Below are positions 63,692 to 64,000 of a stretch of 64,000 nucleotides of DNA, in pieces (the first letter of the stretch is position 1; each line of letters starts with the position of its first letter). The notes beneath the pieces are model-generated. The model had not been told where the DNA came from. It saw only the letters and a list, made by a program, of their open reading frames with translations, and did no database searches. The position numbers and the translations under genes are program-made. This stretch comes from Alphaproteobacteria bacterium (GTDB taxonomy: Bacteria; Pseudomonadota; Alphaproteobacteria; CAAHEQ01; UBA3637). The DNA lies in assembly GCA_017466695.1 (NCBI GenBank), contig JAFTTR010000002.1, positions 166,832 to 230,831 on the forward strand. Reading direction: 5' to 3'.

Positions 63692-64000
63692 ATGAAAATA
63701 AAAAAATTAGTCTTATCCATGACACTTGTAGGATTTTTAAGTGCTTGCGCTACAAACCCATATACAGGAGAAAGTCAAGTTTCCAAAACAGCTTGGGGAA
63801 CGGGGATTGGAACAGCTGCTGGAGCTGGTATCGGGGCGTTGATTGGTGGTAAAAAAGGCGCTCTTATTGGCGCTGGAGCTGGTGCTTTGGTTGGTGTTGG
63901 AACAGGCGCTTATATGGATGCTCAAGCGAAAAAATTACGTCAAGAGTTAGTTGGTACTGGTGTTCAAGTTATTTCACAAAACGGACAAGTCCAACTCATC
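63692..64000 (+). CDS. OmpA-family lipoprotein, YiaD-like (5' partial, runs off window end)
   Basis: 'MKIKKLVLSMTLVGFLSAC|ATNPYTGESQVSKTAWGTGIGTAAGAGIGALIGG..GAYMDAQAKKLRQELVGTGVQV' closely parallels E. coli YiaD (lipobox, 'TNPYTGE', glycine zipper, 'YMD.QE.KLR...GTGV.V'). It was missed by the ORF track because there is no stop codon within the window. Confidence 0.7.
   Translation, partial: MKIKKLVLSMTLVGFLSACATNPYTGESQVSKTAWGTGIGTAAGAGIGALIGGKKGALIGAGAGALVGVGTGAYMDAQAKKLRQELVGTGVQVISQNGQVQLI

Noticed and set aside
63737-63925. 62-aa minus-strand ORF from the track
   Set aside because: The plus strand here encodes an excellent YiaD-like OmpA lipoprotein N-terminus with RBS and lipobox. The minus ORF is Ser/Thr/Cys-rich antisense noise.

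Overview
AT-rich (~30-35% GC) bacterial chromosome segment. Gene content and synteny look alphaproteobacterial and probably Rhizobiales-like: CcrM GANTC methyltransferase, translationally coupled plsY-dprA-topA, ppdK, a two-piece glgB, and ankyrin-repeat proteins suggesting a host-associated lifestyle. Most of the window is housekeeping: dxs, hflX, a glycogen set (malQ, glgX, glgB, glgA), ppdK, rpsD, ddh, recJ, plsY, dprA, topA, a ppiD-like gene, rpmE, mlaD-like genes, bepA, pgeF, lgt, dnaE, hisS, comEC, hslO, recX, eno, kdsA, secG and ccrM. Several accessory-looking loci are embedded in it. (1) 22446-25709: a tightly coupled two-gene operon encoding a membrane-anchored LamG/ConA-like lectin-domain protein and a 580-aa protein with a type-IV-pilin class-III signal (G|AIIIE), with no pilus machinery nearby. 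(2) 25814-26305: a mosaic tandem array of hairpin-bearing repeats opposite rpsD. (3) 27166-30940: an effector-like block (coiled-coil protein, ankyrin-repeat protein, and an ankyrin/coiled-coil gene broken by a single TAA). (4) 7488-8327: an orphan VirB8-like gene. (5) 29-7423: a GtrB-like plus GT-C surface-glycosylation module. (6) 3285-3450: a GC-rich structured ncRNA candidate. (7) 20406-21540: a 1.1-kb ORF-free AT desert. glgB is also interrupted by one in-frame TAA. No transposases, integrases, CRISPR arrays, tRNAs or rRNAs were detected.
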